DNA of 64,000 bases from an uncultured Gemmatimonadota bacterium (GTDB lineage Bacteria; JAAXHH01), in the NCBI GenBank assembly GCA_951812955.1, contig OX638340.1:384001-448000 (forward strand), in the 5' to 3' direction. A program made the translations under genes and the position numbers. The notes beneath the pieces were generated by a model. That model ran no database searches. It was given only the letters and a program-made list of their open reading frames with translations, and was not told where the DNA came from. Numbering within the stretch: the stretch's first letter is position 1; every line of letters begins with the position of its first letter. Shown one piece after another: positions 37,629-46,890 of the stretch.

Positions 37629-39155
37629 TTACTTTTTCAGTTCGCGGATCTCGATATTGCCGTCGCTCGTCTCCAGCCAGATCCGGGTGCCGCCGCCGTT
37701 AAGCGCATACGTAGCGCTGATCTCTCCTTCTTCCGCGTCTTCCTCGTAGCGCTCCGCTTCCAGATCGGATCGGATCTTGTATCGCAGTGAATTTCTGACG
37801 TTACTCCGGTTGGAATGGATCACCTTCTTCTTCACTTCGACAGATTTCCTCTGTTTACTTGATAACTCCTGCCGGGCTTCCTGTAATACCTGCTGGGCTT
37901 CCTGCAATTCCCGTTGCATCTCTCGCAGGAACCGTTGCGCCTCTTCGGCTGACATCTGTAACGCCTGGTTCGCGCTCTGCGTCAGCTTTTCAATGATCTC
38001 GTTCAACTTCTCCTCGTCGATCTCCGTATCCGACAGATCGAGGTCGATCGTTGGAATCTCGGGTAATTCGGGCAGGTCGGCAGTTGTGACTACACGTGCG
38101 CGAACGGTTTTGCCGGAGGGATCAACAAACACCCCGAATCCCTCGTCCACGTGGATCCGCGCTTCGATGGTCGCCTTCGCTCCCGGATCCACGTAGAGTA
38201 CAATGTCGCCGCCGGCCGAAATAAGCGAACTGCCCTCTGAACCCTCCGGCGTGATTTCGGCCAGGACGTCGCCGCCTGCGGTCCTCGCGTCGATCGTCCC
38301 CGTTACGTTCAACAGCTCCAATTCGCCACCGGCGGTTTTCGCCTGGACGGCACCCTTCGCGTTTTGCAATTCGATATCTCCGCCGGCTGTCGTGATACGG
38401 GCGTTCGCCGAAAGCTCGTCGATCTCTATATCGCCTCCGGACGTCCTGATACGGGCCTCGCCACCTACAAACTCAATGGTGATGTCTCCGCCGGAAGTCT
38501 GGGCTTCCAGCGAATTGCCGACGCGGCCGATCCGGATATCTCCGCCGGAAGTCTGGACATCCAGGTCGGACGATGCCTCTTCGACCCGGATATCACCCCC
38601 GGACGTCTGCAGATGAACGTCGCCACCAATAGTGCCAACGTGGATGTCGCCTCCCGATGTGGTCAACTCCACTTCACCGCCGATATCCCGAAGCGTTACG
38701 TCGCCGCCCGACGTATGACTCTTCACGTCGCCCTTCAGATCGCCGACGACCTCGATATCGCCACCACCGGTGCGCAGGTCCAGGTCGAACTCCTCGGGCA
38801 GATCGATCTTGAAACGCAGCCCCTGTCTTCTGTTGAATGACCGTCTGGGAAAACGCGGGTCGTAATCGACACGCAGTATGCCCCCGTCGTAGCGTATTCT
38901 GAGGTCACTTTCTATGTTTGGCGGGATGCCCTGGACGGTCACGACCGCTTCATCCTTCCTCCACGTGGAGATGGTGATGTCGCCCGCCCGGGTGTTCAGA
39001 TCGAGCCGCTCGCCCCTTTCCACCTGGAAGGTCTCAGACCGGCTGCTGCCGGCGGCCCTGTTCTGATCCTCCGTGAGTGCCAGGGCTTGTTGCGCCAGGG
39101 CTTGCTGCGAAAAAATCAAAATGCCGAATGTGCAGACCAGAAACCTCATAATCAC
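37629..39155 (-). CDS. Secreted DUF4097-repeat (putative adhesin / beta-helix) protein with C-terminal coiled coil
   Basis: Signal peptide. More than 12 tandem T(S/A)GGDI repeats. Last gene of the ECF sigma operon. Confidence 0.75.
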   Translation of the reverse strand: MIMRFLVCTFGILIFSQQALAQQALALTEDQNRAAGSSRSETFQVERGERLDLNTRAGDITISTWRKDEAVVTVQGIPPNIESDLRIRYDGGILRVDYDPRFPRRSFNRRQGLRFKIDLPEEFDLDLRTGGGDIEVVGDLKGDVKSHTSGGDVTLRDIGGEVELTTSGGDIHVGTIGGDVHLQTSGGDIRVEEASSDLDVQTSGGDIRIGRVGNSLEAQTSGGDITIEFVGGEARIRTSGGDIEIDELSANARITTAGGDIELQNAKGAVQAKTAGGELELLNVTGTIDARTAGGDVLAEITPEGSEGSSLISAGGDIVLYVDPGAKATIEARIHVDEGFGVFVDPSGKTVRARVVTTADLPELPEIPTIDLDLSDTEIDEEKLNEIIEKLTQSANQALQMSAEEAQRFLREMQRELQEAQQVLQEARQELSSKQRKSVEVKKKVIHSNRSNVRNSLRYKIRSDLEAERYEEDAEEGEISATYALNGGGTRIWLETSDGNIEIRELKK

Positions 39156-39179
39156 TACTCCTTTGTCGGCCGCGTTCCG

Positions 39180-40175
39180 TTAAGGTGCGGGCAGGTTGCT
39201 AAGCACGGTCCTCGCCCTGGTGCGGATATAGGCGTTTTCGTCGGAAACCATCCGGGCCCTTAGTACCCTTTCCAGGTCTTCGTCGATCGAGGTCGGCACC
39301 TGCTCCTGCAGCCGGTTGATCGCGTTGATTCTGAGGGCCGGATTCTCGTCGAAGACCAGTGTGTGGATCATGGCGTCTCTGATCCCCTCGTCAAAAGGAT
39401 ACCGGGAGAGGGCGTTGAACGCCTCGCCCCTGACCCCGGCATTCGAGTCCGTTTTCAAGGCGGTGACGAGGGCATCCTTGATCTCATGCTCCGAATGCAG
39501 GATTTCGGAATCGCTCACGGCGTTCACCGCCCGCAGCCGGACGCCGGGATTCTGTTCATTAAGTACGGCAAAGGTGAGTACACGTTGTATGCCGGGATCG
39601 TCGAGCGTTCCTCTGATCTGCACGGGCCGGACGGCTTCGAACTGGAATTCCAACATGCCATCGGGGGCGCCGGAATCCACGAACCGAACGTTTGAAATGG
39701 CCACGTCGTCATTGGTCAACAGGTCCGTCTGATCCATGCCCGGCGTCGCGAATCCAATGGAACGGTCTCCCTGGAAGGCCAGGTAGTAACCGGCAACCAG
39801 GCCGATGAACAACAGCAGTGCTCCCCCGAGGACGGAGCGGTAGGAAGGAAAGGTGTTTATCGTAACCCTTTGCAAGCCGTCTACTATGCGACCTGCCCAC
39901 CCGCTTGGGATGTGGAGACCCGGGCGGCCGAGTGTCACGTTGGACCAAAATCGGTTTCGAGCTTCATTCAGGTCTGCCGCACCAGGCCTGGCAGGGGCGG
40001 CTTCCCCCATGACCAGTCTGAATTCATCCAGACGGGCGCGGTACGCCCGGCATTGATCACATGATTCGAGATGGACGTCCAACCGCCGCTGATCTGCATC
40101 GGACAATTCACCGTATTGGGAGAGTTCCAGCCATTCTTCCCATTTCGTGTGAGACCGGCTCCTGTCTTCTTTCAT
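39180..40175 (-). CDS. Anti-sigma factor: N-terminal zinc-finger (HxxxCxxC) domain, TM segment, C-terminal HEAT repeats
   Basis: LDVHLESCDQCRAYRARL ZAS-like motif. Hydrophobic segment. HEAT-like repeats in the C-half. Its ATG overlaps the sigma-factor stop (ATGA); the internal ATG at 40175 was chosen. Confidence 0.7.
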   Translation of the reverse strand: MKEDRSRSHTKWEEWLELSQYGELSDADQRRLDVHLESCDQCRAYRARLDEFRLVMGEAAPARPGAADLNEARNRFWSNVTLGRPGLHIPSGWAGRIVDGLQRVTINTFPSYRSVLGGALLLFIGLVAGYYLAFQGDRSIGFATPGMDQTDLLTNDDVAISNVRFVDSGAPDGMLEFQFEAVRPVQIRGTLDDPGIQRVLTFAVLNEQNPGVRLRAVNAVSDSEILHSEHEIKDALVTALKTDSNAGVRGEAFNALSRYPFDEGIRDAMIHTLVFDENPALRINAINRLQEQVPTSIDEDLERVLRARMVSDENAYIRTRARTVLSNLPAP

Positions 40176-40831
40176 TTTCGTATGTCCTCGAGTTGACTGC
40201 GCAGTCTTCGGGTGGCATCGAAAAGGTATTTCTTTACCGTGCCTTCGGCACATTCCATGATTCCCGCTATCTCCCTCAGTTTGAATCCTTCGTGGTGGCG
40301 CAACACAAACACCGTTCGCAGACGGGGAGAAAGTGTACCGACGGCGGACCGGATCCGCGAAGCGATTTCGCTGTTGATGACTGCCGCGTCCGGCCGTTCG
40401 GGGGTAACGGGCGTAACACCGTAAGTGACCGTAGCCTGGTTTTCGTCGAACTTGTCTTCGATAGGGATGAACCGCCTGGTCCGGTTCCGCGACCGATGCG
40501 TGAGGCAGACATTGGTGACGATCCGGTACAGGTAGGTGGAAAACCGGCTGCGGAATTCGAAATCGGGCAGTGCCTTGAATACACGCATGAAGACTTCCTG
40601 GTATACATCCTTTGCGTCGTCCAGGTCGCCCACGAAGGACACGGCCATGGACAGCACTTTCTCGTCGTATCTGTATACGAGTTCTTCCAGGGCCCGCATG
40701 TCGCCTCCCCGGGCCTTGAGAATCAGCCTGCGCTCCTCCAGGTCCGTGCGATTTCCTGCCGAATCGTTATCCATGTGCTCTTCCCGATCATCCGGTGCGA
40801 TTCGGCCGTCGAGTTTACGGGCAGTTTCCAC
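40172..40831 (-). CDS. ECF-subfamily RNA polymerase sigma factor (sigma-24 type)
   Basis: Region 2 (LVYRYDEKVLSMAVSFVGDLDDAKDVYQEVFMRVFKAL) and region 4 (LSPRLRTVFVLRHHEGFKLREIAGIM). Confidence 0.85.
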   Translation of the reverse strand: METARKLDGRIAPDDREEHMDNDSAGNRTDLEERRLILKARGGDMRALEELVYRYDEKVLSMAVSFVGDLDDAKDVYQEVFMRVFKALPDFEFRSRFSTYLYRIVTNVCLTHRSRNRTRRFIPIEDKFDENQATVTYGVTPVTPERPDAAVINSEIASRIRSAVGTLSPRLRTVFVLRHHEGFKLREIAGIMECAEGTVKKYLFDATRRLRSQLEDIRK

Positions 40832-41508
40832 GTGGTTACCTGGTCACGTCGTGGTGCATGTGCGTGTAACTAAACTTCGAGAAACTTGCTGTCTCCGATC
40901 GGGCGCTTGGTGACCATGTGCGGGCACCTGATGATGACCTTTCTCGAGCCCTTGTGACTTTACGCTGGCGCGTGGCGCCTGGAATCCATATGCGGGATGC
41001 GGGCGCTTTATGTTCATGAGACCGTGTCTACATCGAATTGGTTGTGGACTAACGCGTTTTTTTAAAAGGAGACCGCGGGAGTATGCGGCGTATACACGAT
41101 CAACACGGTGCGCAATGCAGTCTTTAGGTGATTCAACGCACGGGAACGAGGAAAGTCGAGGGAATTACGGTTGAGGCATGTGGCGATGTGACGATACTGG
41201 CGTGTGGCGAGGTCTGTCCGGCGGACCGGATTCGAGTTCATGATCGTCAGTAAAGGCAGGAATGAGCTGGAAGGTGTTTGAAGGAGCGGGAAGGAGCTGG
41301 ACGAGCATATAACCAAAGGAATCAAAGACTTACGAATCCCAAGAAGGCAGGACGCCAGCGGCAGAGCAAGGATCTGCCGACTGGTCGGAATCGATCGACA
41401 TGATCGGAATCCGTTGTGTCAATAGCCGGAGGGTGGCCATTCAATCCGGTCGGTGGAACCGCACGAATTTTACGCAACCGGAAACAGGCCGCTCGATACG
41501 ACAGGCGT

Positions 41509-41703
41509 TCAGCCGTCCTTCGAGGTAGACGAACCTGACGTATTCTGATTCTCTTCGGCGGGCTCTTTCTTCTGTGCTTTCTTGAATTCGGTGATCCCCT
41601 GGCCCAATCCCTTGGCCAGTTCAGGGAGCTTCTTCGCGCCAAATAGGACCATGACGATTACAAGAATAATAATCAGTTCGGTCGTGCCGAAACTACCGAG
41701 CAT
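41509..41703 (-). CDS. tatA: Twin-arginine translocase subunit TatA/E
   Basis: 64 aa; [53 protein letters not shown]. Confidence 0.9.
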   Translation of the reverse strand: MLGSFGTTELIIILVIVMVLFGAKKLPELAKGLGQGITEFKKAQKKEPAEENQNTSGSSTSKDG

Positions 41704-41922
41704 TTAAATCACCTCCTCAGAACGCAGGATACCTTTATTGCCCTGGTTTGTCAAGCGGCAATAAAAGGACTTCCATTCTGCCGCTTAGCTGCCAACGACC
41801 CGGCGCAGTCGCATGGGCATGCCGTTTAGAATACTTGCATAGAAGCAATTTGCGTGTTTACTTATTCCCTGACCACAAATTTTGAAGTCGCTGCCGGTTG
41901 ATTTTATACGTTCAAGGAGGAC

Positions 41923-42165
41923 ATGGTGACTGTACGCATTGTATACTGCGCTGATTGAAGCTATGAACAAGACGCCGCCGGGTTGGCGGTGAAATTACTT
42001 GAGTATTACAAACACGATATCGAGCAGTTGCAGCTTGTGCCTTCCGGGGGCGGCAGGTTCGAAGTCACCGTGGATGATTCGCTGATCTTCTCCAAACTGG
42101 GAACCGACCGGTTTCCCGAATACGGGGAGGTCAAGGACGCCATCGAGGCATCGATCGCGGGTTGA
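41923..42165 (+). CDS. SelW/Rdx-family selenoprotein (in-frame TGA = Sec at 41956-41958; CxxU motif)
   Basis: My translation across the TGA: MVTVRIVYCADUSYEQDAAGLAVKLLEYYKHDIEQLQLVPSGGGRFEVTVDDSLIFSKLGTDRFPEYGEVKDAIEASIAG. RBS caaggagga. The track shows only the C-terminal 60 aa (41983..42165). Confidence 0.7.
41973..41991 (+). promoter_or_regulatory. SECIS-like hairpin 15 nt downstream of the in-frame UGA
   Basis: CGCCGCC-GGGUU-GGCGGUG: 7-bp stem including one G-U pair, G/U-containing apical loop. Confidence 0.5.
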
Positions 42166-42273
42166 ACCGCAATCGACCGCCGCGGCGTCTATTAAGGATC
42201 CATAATCCAGGTCCGGACGCTTTTCCCGGCCCGGGCGCTTTTCCAGTCTATTGGTCTGAGGACAGAGGTTAGT

Positions 42274-42615
42274 ATGAATATCTACGTTGCGCTGGAAGAC
42301 GAGATCGCCGTGCTTCGCATCGAGGGCAGATTGTGGGAAGAAGGAGACAGCGTTGAGCTGGATCGGATGATCGACGATACCCTTGACCGGGGATGCACGC
42401 GGTTCGTTGCCGATTTGACCGGCGTGCCCATCATGAACAGTTCCGGGTTGGGTTCGCTGATCGCGGCCATGAAGAAAATACGTTCCAGGTCCGGGGAGAT
42501 GGTGCTCACCGGCGTCAACGACCGCCTGGATCAACTGTTCCGGATCACCCGGCTGTACACGGTCTTCAAGAAGTATGACGATGTGGACGCCGCCGTGGAA
42601 AACATGCATGCCTGA
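42274..42615 (+). CDS. STAS-domain anti-sigma-factor antagonist (SpoIIAA/RsbV-like)
   Basis: 113 aa; phosphorylatable Ser region DLTGVPIMNSSGLGSLIAA. Confidence 0.8.
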   Translation: MNIYVALEDEIAVLRIEGRLWEEGDSVELDRMIDDTLDRGCTRFVADLTGVPIMNSSGLGSLIAAMKKIRSRSGEMVLTGVNDRLDQLFRITRLYTVFKKYDDVDAAVENMHA

Positions 42616-45112
42616 CTACCAGCCCCTGGACCTCACGCCGAGTTGCAACGCGCCCCGAAGCATTTACGATTCCATAACGGATCCTCCGCTCGGATCACAG
42701 GAATTCTATGGTCTTCCCTTTCAAATCGGCGACGGCGCCGGAGATTCCGACTGTTTCGTCGGCTTCGGTGACCAGATCGGCTGCTCGTCCTCTCCCGCAG
42801 CGATTCCCGTCGAAAGTTCCGCCGTCAACGTGATCTTCGCCCACGCGGTGATCCGTTCGGAAATCGAGGCCGGCGGTCCGATCGCCCTTCCCGTGGCCAC
42901 TTACCGGTTCATCTGGGACGACGGGCATGACGAGTCCGTTACGATCCGCGAGCGGTTCGAGATCGGCTACATGCCGCTGCCCTGGGGACAATACCCCTTC
43001 CTGTGCGTGCCCGATCAGAAGCCGGTTATTTACAACCGGTCCGGCGGCGATTGGAACGATGCCGGCCGCCGGCAGACCGAAGCCGAGCAGGGTTGGCCAC
43101 AGGGGTACTACCTCTGGGCATGGCGCAATCCCCGGCCCGACCAGGATATCCGTTCCATCGAAATCACGCCGCAGGGCCCACCTTTCGTCGTGGCCGCCAT
43201 CACGCTCGGCCATGTCGACGAAGATCCAATTTGCCGGTGGGCTGCCAGGGACGTCCAGGTCGAACTGAAAAACCCGAAGCGCGCGGAGAAACCCTTCGAC
43301 CTCGAAGTCGAAGTCGACCGCGGCTACGCCACATACGCCTATCCACTGCCCGGGCAGGTCGACCAGGCCTTCATGAACGACACCCACCGCGGATGGGGCC
43401 AGGCGGACAGCAACCGCTCCAGTCCCGCCCATGTTGGCGTGGCTGGCACGCCGTCGGCCACGGTGACCGTAAAACAGGACGGGAAGGCGGTCGGGTCGGC
43501 TAACTGGGGCGAGCTGGAAGCGAAAGAGGTAGTCGATACGCCCGCGGTTCGATTCGAGGTCATCGACACGGGACGAAACTGGGTACACACCACGGTCCTG
43601 GACGACGAGACCGGCCACCCCGTGCCCTGCCGTGTGCATTTTCGATCTGCCAAGGGTGTGCCGTACGCGCCCCACGGCCACCACGCCCACGTGAATTCGA
43701 ACCTGGATACCTGGCACGTGGACGTGGGCGGCGACGTCAGGCTGGGACAGATGTCCTATGCGTACATCGACGGCAGGTGCCAGGGCTGGCTGCCCCGGGG
43801 CGAGGTGCACGTGGACGTGGCCCGGGGATTCGAATATGAGCCGATTCGCGAGTGCGTCACCATCGATCCCGGGCAACGCGAGCTTACCCTCAGGCTGAAG
43901 CGGTGGACCGATCTGAACGCGGAACGGTATTTCAGCGGCGACACCCACGTGCATTTCCTCTCCACCCAGGGCGCTCACCTGGAGGCCCAGGGGGAAGACC
44001 TGAACGTGGTCAATCTCCTGCTGTCCCAATGGGGAGGCCTTTTCACGAACACGGAGGAGTTCACCGGATCGGCGAGCGCGTCGCCGGACGGAGATACGAT
44101 CGTTTACGCCTCGCAGGAAAACCGGCAGCACATCCTGGGCCACCTTTCGCTCCTCGGCCTCAAAGAACCGGTCATGCCCTGGTGTTCGGACGGACCCGGT
44201 GAAGCGGAACTGGGAGGCAACCTGGAAACGACCCTGTCGTACTGGGCCGACGCCTGCCATGCGCAGGGCGGGACGGTCGTGATTCCCCATATCCCCAATC
44301 CAAACTGCGAACCGGCGGTTCTCATCGCCACGGACCGCGCCGACGCCGTGGAGATGCTGGTGCACAGCGAGTACAATCACCTCGAATACTACCGGTACCT
44401 GAACTGCGGCTACCGTCTGCCGCTCACGGGCGGGACGGACAAGATGTCCAGCGACGTGCCCGTGGGGATCTACCGGACCTATGCCTACATCCCGCCGGAC
44501 GAGCCCTTTACCTACGACAACTGGTGCAAGGCGCTGCGCGGCGGCAACACCTTCCTGAGCGCGGGACCCATCATCCGGTTCACGGTGAACGGCCGGCCGA
44601 TCGGCGATACGGTAAATCTACCCGGCAACGGCGGGACGGTGGAGATCGAGGCGTCGGCGGATTCGACCCTGCCGATCCATACCCTGGAAATCGTGCAGCA
44701 GGGCAAGGTCGTCGCCGCTACGGAAGAGATGAAAGGCGTCCGCCGGTTATCGCTCAAGACCTCCCTGAAGATTGAAAGCCACACGTGGCTGGCGGCCCGG
44801 TGCGCCGGACCGAACTACTCCAGCGTACCGCACCACGACGGCTGGCGCCGCGGCATCATGGCCCATACGTCGCCGGTATACGTGGCCTGCGGCGGCCCCT
44901 ACTGGCTGTTCGACCTGGAAAACGCCCAGTACATGCTGAGCCTGATCGAAGGGGGCCTTTCCTACATCAAGCGTCGAAGTTGGCAACACAAGCCGGAAAC
45001 GACCACCCACCACCACGGCGGCGACGACCACGAAGCCTTTCTCGAAGCCCCATACCTGCAGGCGCGGGAAGCCATCCACCGCCGCATGCACGAACTGAAC
45101 ATCCCGCATTGA
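42608..45112 (+). CDS. Large PHP-domain (CehA/McbA-like) metallohydrolase with an N-terminal domain of unknown function
   Basis: FSGDTHVHF, VIPHIPNP and LPLTGGTDKMS resemble PHP-domain metal-binding motifs. Start (ATG 42608) overlaps the STAS 3' end by 8 nt. Confidence 0.55.
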   Translation: MPDYQPLDLTPSCNAPRSIYDSITDPPLGSQEFYGLPFQIGDGAGDSDCFVGFGDQIGCSSSPAAIPVESSAVNVIFAHAVIRSEIEAGGPIALPVATYRFIWDDGHDESVTIRERFEIGYMPLPWGQYPFLCVPDQKPVIYNRSGGDWNDAGRRQTEAEQGWPQGYYLWAWRNPRPDQDIRSIEITPQGPPFVVAAITLGHVDEDPICRWAARDVQVELKNPKRAEKPFDLEVEVDRGYATYAYPLPGQVDQAFMNDTHRGWGQADSNRSSPAHVGVAGTPSATVTVKQDGKAVGSANWGELEAKEVVDTPAVRFEVIDTGRNWVHTTVLDDETGHPVPCRVHFRSAKGVPYAPHGHHAHVNSNLDTWHVDVGGDVRLGQMSYAYIDGRCQGWLPRGEVHVDVARGFEYEPIRECVTIDPGQRELTLRLKRWTDLNAERYFSGDTHVHFLSTQGAHLEAQGEDLNVVNLLLSQWGGLFTNTEEFTGSASASPDGDTIVYASQENRQHILGHLSLLGLKEPVMPWCSDGPGEAELGGNLETTLSYWADACHAQGGTVVIPHIPNPNCEPAVLIATDRADAVEMLVHSEYNHLEYYRYLNCGYRLPLTGGTDKMSSDVPVGIYRTYAYIPPDEPFTYDNWCKALRGGNTFLSAGPIIRFTVNGRPIGDTVNLPGNGGTVEIEASADSTLPIHTLEIVQQGKVVAATEEMKGVRRLSLKTSLKIESHTWLAARCAGPNYSSVPHHDGWRRGIMAHTSPVYVACGGPYWLFDLENAQYMLSLIEGGLSYIKRRSWQHKPETTTHHHGGDDHEAFLEAPYLQAREAIHRRMHELNIPH

Positions 45113-45161
45113 GCATCCGTGCGGGCATGTCGTCCCGTTAAACCGAACCGGAGAATGACAC

Positions 45162-46748
45162 ATGCAGGGACCCCGTGTCGACCGGGTCATATTCTGGGTC
45201 GCGCTGCCGCTGATCGCGGGCGTCTCGGTACCGCTGGTGCTGTTTCCCGTCGAGGGAGAAGCCCTCCTGAGCGCGGCTTTCGGCTGGCTGACACGGGTCC
45301 TGGGATGGGCCTATCTCTGGTTCACGATCGCCGCCTTCGCGATCCTGGTCTATTACGCCCTGGGCAAGTACGGTCATGTGCGTTTCGGGGGGCCCGACGC
45401 CAAACCCGAATTCTCCCTGGTCAGCTGGATCGCCATGATCTTCTGCGCCGGCATCGGCGCCAGCGTCCTGTACTGGGGCACCATCGAGTGGGTCTACTAT
45501 TACACGAACCCGCCCTTCGGCCTCGAACCGCGCTCCACCGAGGCCACCGAGTGGGCGGCGACCTACGGGCTGTTTCACTGGGGATTCACGGCATGGGCCA
45601 TTTACTGTATCCCGACGCTTCCCCTGGCCTACCTGTTCTGGAACCGCGGGCGGCCCATCCTGCGCATGTCCGCGGCCTGTGAAGGCGTCATCGGCGAACG
45701 CGCCACACGGGGCTTTCCGGGCAAGGTCATCGACATGTTCTTCATGTTCGGCCTGCTCGGCGGGGTTGGAACGTCCATCGGACTGAGCACGCCCATGATT
45801 TCGGCCGGCCTGTCGGAACTGCTGGGTGTGGAAAGAGGATTCTGGCTCGACGCGGCGGTGGTGATCACTTTGGGGGTGATCTTCGGCGTCAGCGTCTATA
45901 CGGGGCTGCAGCGCGGCATCCGTGTCCTGAGCGGGGTCAACCTCTGGCTCACCATCGGGGTGCTGACCTTCGTCTTCCTGTTCGGTCCCACGCTGTTCAT
46001 CATCGACACGTTCACCAACAGCATCGGCCTGCTGGTGCAGAACTTCATCAAGATGAGCTTTTACCTCGAACCCGTCGCCAAGGCGGAATCTATTATCTCG
46101 GCGGCGGCGGAAGGGAGATCGGGACTGTCTTCCGCGGATACGTTCTCTGAACAGTGGACCATCTTCTATTGGGCGTGGTGGATCGCCTTCGCGCCCTTCA
46201 TGGGTCTCTTCGTCGCCCGGATCTCCCGGGGCCGCACGATCCGCGAGTTGATCGGCGCTGAATTAGTAGGCGGATCTCTGGGCTGCTGGCTGTTCTTCGC
46301 GGTGCTCGGCAACACGAGCCTGTTTCTGCAGCTTGAAGGATCCCAGGACCTCACCGGCCTGGTTGCCCGCAACATGACCCCGGAGGCGATCATCACGACC
46401 GTGGTAGCCGTGGGGGACCGGGTGATCCCTTTCGCCGTGCCCCTCCTGATGGTTTTCGTAACCCTTGCGATCATCTTCGCCGCCACCACGCTGGACTCGG
46501 CGTCTTACATCCTGGCGTCAGTGGCTACGAAGGAACAGGCCGAGGTACGGGAACCCGCGCGCTGGCACCGCTGCTTCTGGGCCGTCGTACTCAGTTCCGT
46601 TGCCCTGTCATTGATGTTCGTTGGAGGTACGGAAAGCCTGCGGGCGGTCCAGTCGGCGTCCCTGATCGTCGCGCTTCCCCTCATCGCCGTGCTGGTCCTG
46701 ATGACGATGTCCTTCATCCGGTGGCTGAGGCAGGACCACGGATCGTGA
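45162..46748 (+). CDS. BCCT-family (betaine/carnitine/choline) transporter
   Basis: 528 aa, ~12 TM segments. BCCT signature W-rich segment GTIEWVYYYTNPPFGL...WGFTAWAIYCIPTLPLAYLFW. Confidence 0.85.
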   Translation: MQGPRVDRVIFWVALPLIAGVSVPLVLFPVEGEALLSAAFGWLTRVLGWAYLWFTIAAFAILVYYALGKYGHVRFGGPDAKPEFSLVSWIAMIFCAGIGASVLYWGTIEWVYYYTNPPFGLEPRSTEATEWAATYGLFHWGFTAWAIYCIPTLPLAYLFWNRGRPILRMSAACEGVIGERATRGFPGKVIDMFFMFGLLGGVGTSIGLSTPMISAGLSELLGVERGFWLDAAVVITLGVIFGVSVYTGLQRGIRVLSGVNLWLTIGVLTFVFLFGPTLFIIDTFTNSIGLLVQNFIKMSFYLEPVAKAESIISAAAEGRSGLSSADTFSEQWTIFYWAWWIAFAPFMGLFVARISRGRTIRELIGAELVGGSLGCWLFFAVLGNTSLFLQLEGSQDLTGLVARNMTPEAIITTVVAVGDRVIPFAVPLLMVFVTLAIIFAATTLDSASYILASVATKEQAEVREPARWHRCFWAVVLSSVALSLMFVGGTESLRAVQSASLIVALPLIAVLVLMTMSFIRWLRQDHGS

Positions 46749-46890
46749 AGTCTTCCCAATATGCCGCAAATGTCGCGGTAGCATAACAAAGCCCGGACTG
46801 CTCAGGAGAGCGATCCGGGCTTCGCTTTCAGGACGGATCAACGCCTGCCTTCATTGATCCCCCGCTCAGTGTTCCTCCTCCGTTCGCCTC

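Noticed and set aside
41148-41157. GAGGAAAGTC 10-mer resembling the RNase P RNA P4 region
   Set aside because: No other RNase P conserved blocks (AGGGCA, ACAGAAAGUGCCACAG-like) are found nearby. Probably a chance match.
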